The notes beneath the pieces are model-generated. The model was not told the DNA's origin, searched no databases, and saw nothing but the letters and a program-made list of their open reading frames with translations. The translations under genes and the position numbers were made by a program. Positions 43,100-54,527 of a DNA stretch of 64,000 nt are shown in pieces. The stretch lies in the NCBI RefSeq assembly GCF_902459465.1, contig NC_047083.1, positions 806,001 through 870,000 of the forward strand, in the 5' to 3' direction. How positions within the stretch are numbered: position 1 is the stretch's first letter; every line of letters begins with the position of its first letter. This DNA comes from Asterias rubens (taxonomy: Eukaryota).

Positions 43100-43451
43100 T
43101 TAAAGGCCATGGACACTATTGGTAATTACTCAAAATAATTATTAGCATAAAACCTTACCTGGTAACGAGTAATGGGGAGAGGTTAATAGTATAAAACATT
43201 GTGAGAAACGACTAATTTTCCACGTATTTGGTTTCGAGACCTCAGATTTAGAATTTGAGGTCTTGAAATCAAGCATCTGAATACACACAACTTTGTGTGA
43301 CCAGGGTGTTTTTTCTTTCATTATTATCTCGCAACTTCGACGACCAATTGCGCTCAGATTATCACAGGTTTGTTATTTTATGTATATGTTGAGATGCACC
43401 ATGTGAGAAGACTAGTCTTAGACAATTACCAGTAGTGTCCAGTACCTTTTA
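43100..43451. mobile_element. TTAA-flanked MITE, family A
   Basis: TTAAAGGCCATGGACACTATTGGTAATT ... AATTACCAGTAGTGTCCAGTACCTTTTA. Confidence 0.8.
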
Positions 43452-43510
43452 CTTTTCCAGTGACTAGCCAGCAGGACCAGGGCTAGTCTTGGTGCAAGAC
43501 GTTTCTCGTT

Positions 43511-43663
43511 TACCTTTCACGCACAGCGCAGCCATCTCACCAACAGTCCCCCCAACGACTGCCCGTAAACCTGACTTAGCCCACGAATCGCAGTCAGGTT
43601 AGTGTATACGGGCGGTCGTTGCGGGCACTATTGGTGAGACGGCCGTGCTGTGCGTGAGAGGTG
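43511..43663. mobile_element. GC-rich foldback element
   Basis: TACCTTTCACGCACAGC...CTCACCAACAGT...CGACTGCCCGTA...ACCTGACT pairs with AGTCAGGT...TACGGGCGGTCG...ACTATTGGTGAG...GCTGTGCGTGAGAGGT. Confidence 0.7.
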
Positions 43664-43739
43664 AGAGGTAGGAAAATCCACGTTTACAGGCATAGCCGTA
43701 GCTATAGCAACCAATTCAGAAACAGCCTAAATCTCTAAC

Positions 43740-43769
43740 CATGGAGGATGGAAATTGTTTTCCTCCGTG
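43740..43769. mobile_element. 30-bp micro-TIR element with 7-bp TSD
   Basis: CTCTAAC|CATGGAGG-ATGGAAATTGTTTT-CCTCCGTG|CTCTAAC. Confidence 0.6.
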
Positions 43770-45759
43770 CTCTAACTATGAACATGTAATTCAATAAACA
43801 TGATTGCTCAAATTATCGCAATGGATTGGTAAAAAAATAATGCCATATATGTATCTGCAAAATATATACAATTAGTTGTGAAATATTTGGAAAGCTTGAA
43901 AAATTACCTCAATCACGTAACTCTTGCTGTAAATGTGAAGATAGTCAAAAAAACATATATCCATGACAACTATACTACTCGGATGTGCTTCCTGTTTGAC
44001 AAGGTCCTCAATAAGAATTTACTGATTTCTCTAATTTGAAATAATGGCAGATGAAAACTTGATCTGTTTTACATTCATTGGGGTCAAAACTTGTTTGAAC
44101 ATTGAACAAATTGTATCAAATGGTTTGTTGGTCATAGAAACATGGTACCTAGATTCTGCTTAGCAAGATTTGTCTGTGCTTAGCACATATTGTGCTGCGT
44201 GCATACAAAGCACAAAATGAGTCTTGGTTACCAGCTGAAATGGCATATGTTGCCTTGGAATGGTACCCTACCACTTTTTTTCCTGCTTAGTAGCCACAGG
44301 AAATGACTCCGCTTTAAACACTTCCTTTGGTCCGGAAAAGTTTCTTCCCGTTTCCGATCCTGAGTAAGCAGATAATGGCCTGCAAAACTGTCACCATTTC
44401 TATAAATGGTAGAGTTGTGCTACTGAGAAAACAAACAATAACATACAGTTCCTGGTCACTCCGTTGTCAAATTTCATTCAAATTCCAGTGAGATTTTCAG
44501 GAATATGTGGTTACCACATCCATCGGTGTTGAATATTTTTTTTTTTTTCGTCAACGGGAAAAAGTAGCTATTCTGAATTCCCATGAATTTCTCGACTCAA
44601 TTTATTAAAAATTCCATGATAGAATGTGGAAAAAATGTATGAGTTAAGGGCACATTGCCTTCCACTTTGTGGATTTCAGTGATTCAGCCTCGGACCTTGC
44701 AGAAATATTTGAAGTGCTGGGAAGTTGGATTGTTCAGTTGATAACTTATAACATATTGTAAATATATAGTGGATTCAAATATAACAATAAAGCAGTTTCG
44801 TTTTCACTTTTTGTGTAATTAAATACATTAAAAAAAAACATTAGAGCATTGAATATGTACATAAAGATGGCCTGAGTTTACTTGTGGCGGCCATTAATGT
44901 CTGGCACCTTGTCTTGCATTAATTGTTTGCCTAATGGAGACACTTGGTGGCTTTGTTGCTATGGTGGTACCATGCTTGACTAAAACCTCTTGTCTTCATT
45001 AGTTGAGGAATTGGAGAAGACCTTTCATTTAATGAATCTTTGTGCAGTGGAGTTTTCTGTTGCTCTTTTTGCTGTTGACTGAAGTTTGTGACTCAACTTG
45101 GGTCATTGACTCAATATGGACTGTTGTATAAATTGAGCTATTTCTCAACTTGAGCTACTGCTCTTTTGCAGCTGTTTCTCAATTGGGTTTTTGTTTTAAC
45201 TTGGGCTGTTCTTTAGAGCTTTCTATAGTTTCTACATAAACTCATGACGTTTTAGTTTTGCGTGAAAAACAAAATATAAAAAACTTATTATGTGTAAGTT
45301 TTCTTAGATATCTCTATACCTCTTGAATATTATATTCACTTATTTATTTTCCAATTGCCTTCCTCGTTGAATTTGTCTTTTCAGCCTAAAGTCTTGTCTA
45401 GATATTTTTTCTTATTCAATTTCTAGAAATCATGAAGTTAAAGAAAAGCTTTTCCTCTGTAAATATTATATTATTAACAAAATAAAAAGTTTTATGAAAC
45501 TAAAATGTAGTTTGCATGTAGGCGGAGCCCATTATGACTGTAACCAAGTTTTGAGAGGTCACAGAATGACTTGACCTATGACCCATGTCAGTGACTTTTG
45601 ACCTAGATTGGGAAGCGTCAGTTGGAGGCATTGAAGCCTTAATTTCTTTAACTTCATTACAGTAAATAGTAGATATGAATGTTGGAACCTGTGTTTAGTG
45701 ACATGCTATTAGGCATGTCCGTCTTATGTTGGTTAGAGGTATGTGTATAATGTAATGTG

Positions 45760-46780
45760 CACATATTGAGTGTTTTTTGACCTGGTAGGAACAGGTACAA
45801 ACTGAGTGTTTTTTGACCTGGTAGGAACATGAGCACATTGAGTGTTTTGTACCTGATAGGAACAGGTGCACACTGAGTGTTTTGTACCTGATAGGAACAG
45901 GTGCAAATTGAGTGTTTTGTACCTGATAGGAACAGGTACAAACTGAGTGTTTTGTACCTGCTAGGAACTGGTGCAAATTGAGTGTTTTGTACCTGATAGG
46001 AACAGGTACAAACTGAGTGTTTTGTACCTGCTAGGAACAGGTGCAAATTGAGTGTTTTGTGACCTTCTAGGAACAGGGGTGCGTTCCACTCGCGCAAACG
46101 ACTCGCAACTGTTCGCGCAAACGTTTTTTTATCGTATGAACGATTTGTGCGTATACGCGATGTCAATATGGCGGCGCCCTGAAATGAAGATGGCGCGCAC
46201 CATACGTAGGTTTTTTTTTAACTTCGTTTTTTGCTGCAATAGTCCTCTTTTTGACATCATTACATCAACTAATTAACTTTGTTATTCCAAATCTGCATTA
46301 TCATCCACCGAAAATACAATGTAATTATGTTTGTGACAAAGAAATACTACCGTATGCTTGTCCGCCATTTTAAACATCACTCGCCAACACCTCCGAAGTA
46401 TGTTCGCCTAAAGTTGCCAACGTTCGCCAACGGTGGCGGCGAACAACTCGTTCCACTTGAAATTGTTGGCGAACGTGCGCAACTGTTGGCAACGTTTGCG
46501 CGAGTGGAACGCACCCCAGGTACAAACTGAGTGTTTTGTACCTGATAGGAACAGGTACAAACTGAGTGTTTTGTACCTGATAGGAACAGGTACAAACTGA
46601 GTGTTTTGTACCTGATAGGAACAGGTGCACACTGAGTGTTTTGTACCTGATAGGAACAGGTGCACACTGAGTGTTTTGTACCTGATAGGAACAGGTGCAA
46701 ATTGAGTGTTTTGTGACCTTCTAGGAACAGGTGCAAGTTGAGTGTTTTGTATCTGGTGGGAACAGGTACAAATTGAGTGT
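45760..46780. repeat. 35-bp minisatellite (about 16 units) split by a MITE
   Basis: Unit ACTGAGTGTTTTGTACCTGATAGGAACAGGTACAA, period 35 (e.g. 46521, 46556). It explains the repetitive spurious ORFs at 45657-46736. Confidence 0.95.
46077..46516. mobile_element. 440-bp Harbinger-like MITE with 24-bp perfect TIR and CAG TSD
   Basis: GGAACAG|GGGTGCGTTCCACTCGCGCAAACG ... CGTTTGCGCGAGTGGAACGCACCC|CAGGTACAA; removing it restores the satellite unit GGAACAGGTACAA. Confidence 0.92.
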
Positions 46781-48773
46781 AGGGGACTATACGATGAATT
46801 ACTTTGTGGTCGTTTTGGTCTTAAGTAAAGTTGGCAATTAATGTTAAAATTTTCAAAGCATGTTTAAAACATATTTGTGAAAATGTAGCCCCCATTTAGT
46901 TATTATGTTTTGCAGAAAACCAAAAATACAGAGTCGCAATGAGATAATTGGGATAGCCGATTCCATCTTTAACGATTTAGTTATTTACTTTAATATCAGA
47001 TTGTTGTAGATAATGCTGCTTCCTTGCGTTGTTGCCAGTGTTTTCTTTTCATTTGCGACATTGCTGTTTCAAATAAATTGGGTCAACAAATACCAGCGCA
47101 CAATTCTGTCGGCTCAAGAAGTATGTTCTGAAGGGTCCACTTCTGCTTTGGTTTTATGCTATTGTTTTGCCAAAGAAAAAGTAGAAAATACGACGCAGCT
47201 TGACATGAACTTTAAGATGGTTTTCTTTTTCAATACCACATTTTGTTTCACTTCCAAGCGACTTACATTGTGCACAGAAAAAACTGCATGTAGTTGTATT
47301 TAAGTGGCTACGGTGTGGCTACTGGATCTGATTATATTCAAACATGGACGCCATAAGTCATAGCCAACAACACAAAATTCCTAAACATTGTCATTTTTGT
47401 TGTTGTTGGTTGTTTTTGTTTTTTTCGTTTTTTTAGTTTCCTTTATGTAATTTAATAATTTTATTATCAAAGTGTAAAGTAAATATAATGTAGGAGAAAT
47501 TGTGAAAATATTTTAAGTGAAAGTTTAAAAGCTTCAGTAAAAAATCAACATGTATTTACTAGAGCGTGATATATTAAAATTGGAGTGACTCCAACTATAT
47601 TACTACCAGGAAAAATAATAAATTATTTTGTTCTTTGTCTCATATTTTTATGTTGTTTACCCGAGCCAATCCACAACAGTGGATGAAGGCATCGCGCTCA
47701 AGTCATTTGCAGCCGATTTCCCGATACGCTAGGATTAATCATATTTCGTACTGGGTTCATTGTGTCATAACGTCTCAGGATACGGAACTTATTTTGTCAT
47801 AAGTAAGATTAATTCCAAGTTATATGAAGAGTTTGGTGAAATCAACGGCAGAGCTGCCATACTCTCCCGGAGTTTCCTGAAAAGAAACTAATGTTTCTGT
47901 GTTGTGATGAAAACAATTAAAATCTCCCAAATAATCAACAAAGTCAAAAGACAAAGTATAATTTTTCACAAACTATTTTTATTCGTGGTTTACTGACACA
48001 ATAAAATAACATCTTTGCATTGTTTCTGCTATTCTTCAATAAAGTGTGCGTTGATACTGCGCTAATTAAACAAAACATTAGGCCCCAATGCGTATGCCAC
48101 CTTAGCAAGACCCGGTCAATAGGAGAGTGTTCTTGTCTATTCCAACGAGGGTGCTGTTTGAGCTGGTTACATCAAATGCAAAGGAGCTATAAAATATACG
48201 ACATTAATAACGCTAAGTACAAGTTTAAATCGATTTCAAATCTCTCAAGTAACCCCCCCCCCCCCCCCCCCCCCAGAAAGAAAAAATCCCCCAAAACTAC
48301 AACAGCAATGACAAACAAGCAATGGGGGCAACAGGTCTAAAAGAAAACAAAAAAAGGTAACAAAGCAAAGAAAACCTAATTTAACTAAAGTAACTACAAG
48401 TGAACAGAAATTCAAGAAATTAAGAAATTAAAACAAAATATTCACTCAAAAGAAAAGTAACACTAACAGATCTTTTGGTTTGACAGAATAAAATAGAATG
48501 CAGCTCCAGTAAAGAGAGTCATTTGTAATCAAATCAACTATTTAAACTTTAACGTTTGGGAACAAATTAATTCCCATTTTCTAGGTTACAATTATAACAA
48601 CATTCATACTCGTGAAAAAGTCATCAAATTGGGTGGTCAAATTTCAGAGAAAAGAGAGAAGAAAAAAAGAGGAAAAGTTTACGGTGATTTTGTGCACGGT
48701 TTACTTGAATGCAGCAATCAAAACAAGCAATAGTCGTCAGGGAACGATTTCTCATCCAACAATGTTCAAAGAC

Positions 48774-49163
48774 TTAAAGGAACGCGTTGCCTTGGATCGG
48801 TCGAGTTGGTCTTCGAAAAGCGTTTGTAACCGTTTGTTATAAAATGCATATGATTAGAAAGATATTTTAAAAGTAGAGTATAATAATCCACACAAGTATC
48901 ACTCGAAATTGCGCGGTTTTCCTTTTACCTCGTCGACAATCACGGTCGGCCATTTATGGGAGTCAAATTTTTGACTCCCATAAATGGCTGACTGTGTTAG
49001 TTCGCAAAGTAAAAGGAAAACCACACAATTTCGAGGCAAATGTGTGTGGATCATTGTATTCTACTTTTAAGCATCTTTCTAACCATATGCATTTAAAAAC
49101 AAACGGTTACAAACGCTTTTCAAAGACCAACTGGACCGATCCATGGCAACGCGTTCCTTTTAA
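48774..49163. mobile_element. 390-bp near-complete palindrome, TTAA-flanked MITE (family D)
   Basis: TTAAAGGAACGCGTTGCCTTGGATCGGTC ... GACCGATCCATGGCAACGCGTTCCTTTTAA; the arms pair along essentially the whole length up to a central GGGAGTCAAA/TTTGACTCCC hairpin. Confidence 0.85.
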
Positions 49164-50134
49164 CGAGTTCTACGCACACTGAATGTTGTAGCAACTTACA
49201 CATTTTGGACAGATTTTTGATCTTCTACACAAGAGAAATAGTTCACTTAAGTTTTAAGGTTCTCAGCATTGTTTCACACAGAAATATTTCTCTGCAAGAC
49301 TGGTACTTGATTTGTGGACAAGTTGTTAAATGTTTATCACCGTGAAAGTGTTACCTGCTCACATCAAACTTTCCTCTTGCACCACGCAAGACAATTGCTC
49401 CTGTAACTACGGCAGTAGTCAGGAGTGGTCAAACCGCAAAGAGATCATGCAATGCAAAAAACATTTAACAACTTGTCAACAAGTCAAAATTGGTACTGGT
49501 ATGAACTTTGTTATCAGTAAAATTTCAGATTGAAACTTTGTTTGTAACCATTGATGAACCATTACTTTAAAATTTAATTTTTTTTATACAAAATGTTATT
49601 GTCGTACAACCAAACTTATAATACTGGCAAACATTACTTAAATTTAATAACTCTAAACAGTTCATATATTCTGATACATTTAGTGCATTGATAGACATTT
49701 CTATAATACATAAAATAAATACATTGAATAATTTTTATTCAAAAACAACTATTCCCCAAGAATATTTTCAGTGACCTGGCCAGGAGGCCAATTCACTAGT
49801 TCGTCAGCTTTTTCACAAGTCAATATTATTTCAAATGAACTAGGGATGATTCTGAACACTAAACTAGCCAGCCGAACCACTTGGAGAACACTCTGACTGT
49901 CCCTTCAGTCCCTCATGTGTTTTAAATGGCATTACTTTACAAAGTGTAGTAAGATCAATTTAAATAACAAACTTGTACCTTGCAAAATACATTACTATTG
50001 TGTACTTTTATAATATCAGCGACATTTAATGCTTTAAAATACTAAATATCATACACAGAAAGTGAACTCCCTAAAAGCTTCAAAGCCTAATCTGACCACT
50101 TTGGTCTCCAAAAATACACAGTGTAAACATGTAG

Positions 50135-50325
50135 AGCTACGTTAAGCCTGTATTCTTCGTTTTTGAAAGGGCAAGGGCACCAAGGTATTTCTCCTTGGTA
50201 ATTGGTAAAGGGCACCCTATGAGGAAATTATAAATTTCTACTGGAGCAATTTAAGGGCACCAAGGCAATGATCTGAGGGCACACAGGCAATCACCTTAGT
50301 TGCCTCCGTGAAGTATCAGGCCTGC
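50135..50325. mobile_element. GTGCCC-rich interspersed repeat
   Basis: Reverse complement of about 55911-56085 (GGCCTGATA.TTCACGG...GAAATTTACAATTTCCTCATAG...CCCTTGCCCTTT.AAAAACGAAG); further fragments at about 55345-55520 and 62513-62640. Confidence 0.6.
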
Positions 50326-51129
50326 TGTACATATATACTGCCACGAAACCATGGAAGATGCCAAGTATTTTGGGTATTTCGAGAAATTGGGCCAAGACCG
50401 AATTGAATTTTGGTTTTGGCAGTGGCTACATTTTATGATCGTATTTACTCATAAGTTCTCATCTTCAGCATTGTTGCTGTAGCCATAGTCGTCTGTAGCC
50501 ATATCCATAACAACCATAGCCATAACAACCATAGCCGCTATGGCTATACATGTAGCCGTAACAAACAGTTTGGCAAGATTCGCAGCAAAAACAGAGCTGT
50601 GCAGTCAAATTCGCTTAGCACCAAGTATGAACCAGGCTTTACAATGTAGATTCGGCAACAGACTGATGCTTTGAGGTCTTTTATTAAGATTTTTAAACAA
50701 AAAATCCACATCTTTTTTACCTGACTTAAACTGTCTTTCAGAAAATTCACTTTAAAGCAGTTAATTAATAAAAAAACTTTCTGGATATGTAATAAACTAT
50801 TTATTTATAAAGCAAAGACTTGTGTTGGTCAATCGTTTGCTTTTATCTTTGGATTCAAATGTATCTGTACAATGAAAACTGTATCTTTGACGTTCATTAT
50901 CAAATTTTCAGCCACAAAGTAAACAAAGTTCTTGAATAAATTGTAAAATTTCAGCCAATAAAATCTTTTTTAAAAACACAAGAGATTAAAAACAACTATT
51001 AATAATAAATAGAATTTATATTGAATTTAACAAACAAATTTGTATTTCAACCAAACTCCAAAAAGTTAACAAAACTTAGCAGCTGATATTTTAATCAACT
51101 TTAGAAGAGTTTTTTACTAAGTTTTTTGT

Positions 51130-51876
51130 TTAGTCTGACTTCACGATCTTCCTGTTGTTGCACGTCTTGGGCTTAATACATTCTTCTTCGGTTTGGACCT
51201 CCGCGATCTTTTCCAGCTCGGGAACGACTGAGAGGGCAATTCCAAGTTGCGCAGTGTAGTAAGTGATCATGATGATGTGTTGCCCGTACGGAACTGGAAC
51301 AGTCCACTTGTTAATCGCCAGGACCGTGTCGGAGATGACGAAGAGCAGCGCCCCGATACACGCACAGCTCTTGGTCCAGGAGAGAGCTGCGATATTCATA
51401 CGAGCGACAGCGCGCCACAGCATCGTGACGATCAGAAGCCCGTAGAAGATTGATAAGTAGATCAGAGGGCCTTTAAGACCCGGGTAGAGGGCGGCATACA
51501 AACAGGCGAAGAGCGGCAACAACACCAGGAGAAAACCCCAACGGTAGGGTCTACCGTGGAAGGCGATGCTGTATAAGAAGTGAGCGAAAGCAAAGAAGAG
51601 CAACCCATGGACGAAGAATTGCTTCTTGTAGACCAGGCAGGCATCGCCGATTCCAGAGCAGATGAGACCCGTTAGGATGCAGATGGAGTAGCGTTGCTTA
51701 CGGCTGAAGCCACTGCGGTACATGTAGCTACCAACGAAGAGGCAAAGGAAGATGATGGGTAGACACTTGAGGAGGATTCCCCATGGTGACGGTTCAGCCG
51801 CTTGAGGAATCCAATGGATGAGGTAGATCAAAGATGAATTGATGAACGGTAGAAGACGCAGACCTGTAGACTGCAA
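51130..51876 (-). CDS. TMEM86: TMEM86/YhhN-family lysoplasmalogenase, paralog A (main exon, 248 codons plus stop; leader exon unresolved)
   Basis: Multi-TM protein with LLKCLPI, GIGDACL, FAFAHFLY, MLWRA and LFVISDTVLAINKW...ITYYTAQ YhhN motifs. Acceptor ...TTCCACAG|TTG CAG TCT aligns with the vertebrate TMEM86A exon 2 start as I recall it (VKSEGPKLVPF vs LQSTGLRLLPF). Confidence 0.88.
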   Translation of the reverse strand: MQSTGLRLLPFINSSLIYLIHWIPQAAEPSPWGILLKCLPIIFLCLFVGSYMYRSGFSRKQRYSICILTGLICSGIGDACLVYKKQFFVHGLLFFAFAHFLYSIAFHGRPYRWGFLLVLLPLFACLYAALYPGLKGPLIYLSIFYGLLIVTMLWRAVARMNIAALSWTKSCACIGALLFVISDTVLAINKWTVPVPYGQHIIMITYYTAQLGIALSVVPELEKIAEVQTEEECIKPKTCNNRKIVKSD

Positions 51877-51954
51877 CTGTGGAATCAAATCAAAAACAAC
51901 TTTAAGATTTTTAATAGATGTTAAATTTGCATAGGGGATAAAGAATATTAATTT

Positions 51955-52140
51955 TGGTTTTACCCATATTATATACCGAGTCTGTTAGCACTGTATACTC
52001 AGTACTTTCCCGAGTCCTGTGAAAAAAAAAAAAAAAAGGGCACATTACTCGAGTGGGGTTCAAACCCACGACCTTCGCATATCTAGAGCAGTGTCATACC
52101 AACTAGACGCTCGGTAGCTAGAGGCAGTTTGAATCCTATC
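51955..52140 (-). mobile_element. tRNA-derived SINE
   Basis: Minus strand: tRNA-like head with A-box-like TAGTTGG and B-box-like GGTTTGAACCCC, then a body ending CTGAGTATACAG...ATGGGTAAA shared with copies at about 28158-28372 and 62803-62975. Confidence 0.65.
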
Positions 52141-52939
52141 ATTGGAAAGAACACAGAGAGATAAATGTTTAACATTTTTCTTTGAAGGAATAAATATCAC
52201 CAAGCCACGATGAAAGTTTGTTTAATTACAAATCTTGCCATCTTTTAACCATCTCTCTTTGAACACGGGTCAAGTTATCAAAATTGATAAAACAGCCCTA
52301 TATTAAAAAAATTGAAAGTTCAAAGTCCAAACAAACTCTTGTATTTTTTGATCGAATCAATTACGCACCTATTAAGAGTGCAAGGTACGTTTTATTATTT
52401 CTTACACAACAGATTGTCTAAAAAGTTGTCCTTAGGTCAACTGAAATCAATCTGATTATAACGAAAAACAAAAACAAAACAAACACCTTGTACGCTTTCA
52501 TACATAATGCATTTATGCTTTCCACCTGTTACTAATATAATTGGTTTATTCAAACACTACTTGTAGCCCAAAAGACTGAATTTTAAAGTGCTTGTATATC
52601 TACATGTCATGAACTTTAAAATACATGACATTTATAAAAGGAAACAAGTCGCTAAGTTTTATTAATTTGTAGGACTTGAGATTTTACTTCCTGTCCTGTG
52701 TGGGATGAAACAATCCTGGTAGGACAGTAAAAGATTAATTGCTACCCGGCCCTTGAAAGTCACGCTAAATTTGAGGTATAAGTTGATGGTATACAATACA
52801 CGCATTACACATTGATTCTACACAATCTAGCCAGCAATTCTAGACATAATTGTACTTGCGGATAAATGTCCCAGAAAATCATAAAAAGATGACTTCTTGA
52901 GCTTCAGTGTTTTAGCACATGGCATTGAAACAATATAAG

Positions 52940-53078
52940 TTATCACACAAGCGCGAGTGGAATACGGAAAAATATAGGGCTTCTGCGTCCCATATTCAAC
53001 AAGGTTGAAAGCTGTGTTGGATGTGGGACGCAGACGCGCTATATTTTCCGTATTTCTACAAGCGCGCATGTGATAACG
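52940..53078. mobile_element. Foldback element
   Basis: TTATCACA...AATACGGAAAAATATAG...TCTGCGTCCCATATTCAAC pairs with GTTGGATGTGGGACGCAGA...CTATATTTTCCGTATT...TGTGATAA. Confidence 0.7.
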
Positions 53079-53246
53079 TATTTATCTTCAAGCAAACTTT
53101 GTGCATGACCATAGAACACACTAGACGCAGGTAGTGATATTAGCCTTGCAGTATAGGTTTTTATCACCACTCCATTCTGCGAATCTGATTGGAGGATTAG
53201 CGCGTCTTTCTACTGGTTCTTAACTTGGATTTAGGTAAACGTTTGG

Positions 53247-53620
53247 TTAAAGCCATTGGACCCTTTCGGTAAACAGTGTTGTCCAAGGCCCACACTTTGT
53301 GTACCACAACTTCTATATCAAATAACAAACCTGTGAAAGTTTAGGCTCAATCGGTCATCGGAGTCGGGAGAAAACAACGGAAAAACCCACCCTTGTTTCC
53401 GCGCGTTTCGCCGTGTCATGACATGTGTTTAAAATAAATCCGTAATTCTCGTTAACGAGAATTTATATTGTTTTGCTGTTTTCTCAAAAAGTAAAGCATT
53501 TCATGGAATAATATTTCAAGAAAAGTCTTTCACCATTGCCTTCTGAAAACCCTGTAAGTTATTTGTAAATCTGTGAACTTTTATTTTGTTTTCTGAACCG
53601 AAAGGGTCCAATGGCTTTAA
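53247..53620. mobile_element. TTAA-flanked MITE, family B, intact ends
   Basis: Perfect terminal inversion TTAAAGCCATTGGACCCTTTCGG / CCGAAAGGGTCCAATGGCTTTAA. Confidence 0.88.
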
Positions 53621-54527
53621 CACTAATAAAAATAATTGTGATCAAAACTTACTTGCTTAGAAGTACAGCAGCTTTCAATAATTTTGAGAATCATTTCACT
53701 TTGAAGTAAGGTGGTAAATGGACAAATAAAGTTTTTAACCCCAAAGTTTAAAACGTTACTGACAGTAGCGTTTTTCAAATTGTGTATTCCAACGTCGTGA
53801 TATTCTTCCTGTGGACATAAATTTTCACAGATTATTCTTAATGTTCCAAAATCCAAAGGTTTAATATCACATCAAAGAACTTTTTATGTCTTTTGTCAAA
53901 ATTTAAAAAAAATTTTTTTTTTAAAGTTCGTCTGCCTTTTAAACTTTTCCAATCCACCAATTACGGAACTGGATCCGTTTTATCTGTTGTTAAACAGTAC
54001 CATATCAGTCCAATTGTACAATCATGCATTCAATATAAAAAATAACCAAGTCAACAAATTAATCTTGTTGATTTATTTGTAATATTTTTAAGCGATAGAA
54101 AATAAACAACCGATAACACACATACAGCCTGTTATCTTTGTGGGTTCATTTTTAGTTTAATAACTTTTGAAATTTGTTAAAACTGTTACCAAATCTATTA
54201 TAAAAGTCAATGAACCATTACCTGTGCATAAAATGCAAAACAAAACCATGCAAACAAACATCATTTACTGTAAGAAACTTTTTGCTGGGTGCTGGGTTGT
54301 CATTGAATAAAAAAGACAAATCCTGAGAATTGGACAAAGTTACCTCTGAGTGTGAAGAAGAAGTTGATTTATTTTAAAGGTTTCTATACTTAAAATCAGC
54401 TGTTATGCTCAAGAAATTGCTCAAAACAGAACTGTATCAAATCAAACTCTTCACGGTGCCTTGGTCGACATGATTGATTTGTGCACTATATAGAAGAACC
54501 TATTTCAATTATCTGCACGTTTGGTCA

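Noticed and set aside
45657-46736. Five ORFs of 85-169 aa with repeated HSVCTCSYQVQNTQ peptides
   Set aside because: Artefacts of the 35-bp minisatellite; the unit is not a multiple of 3 and cycles through frames.
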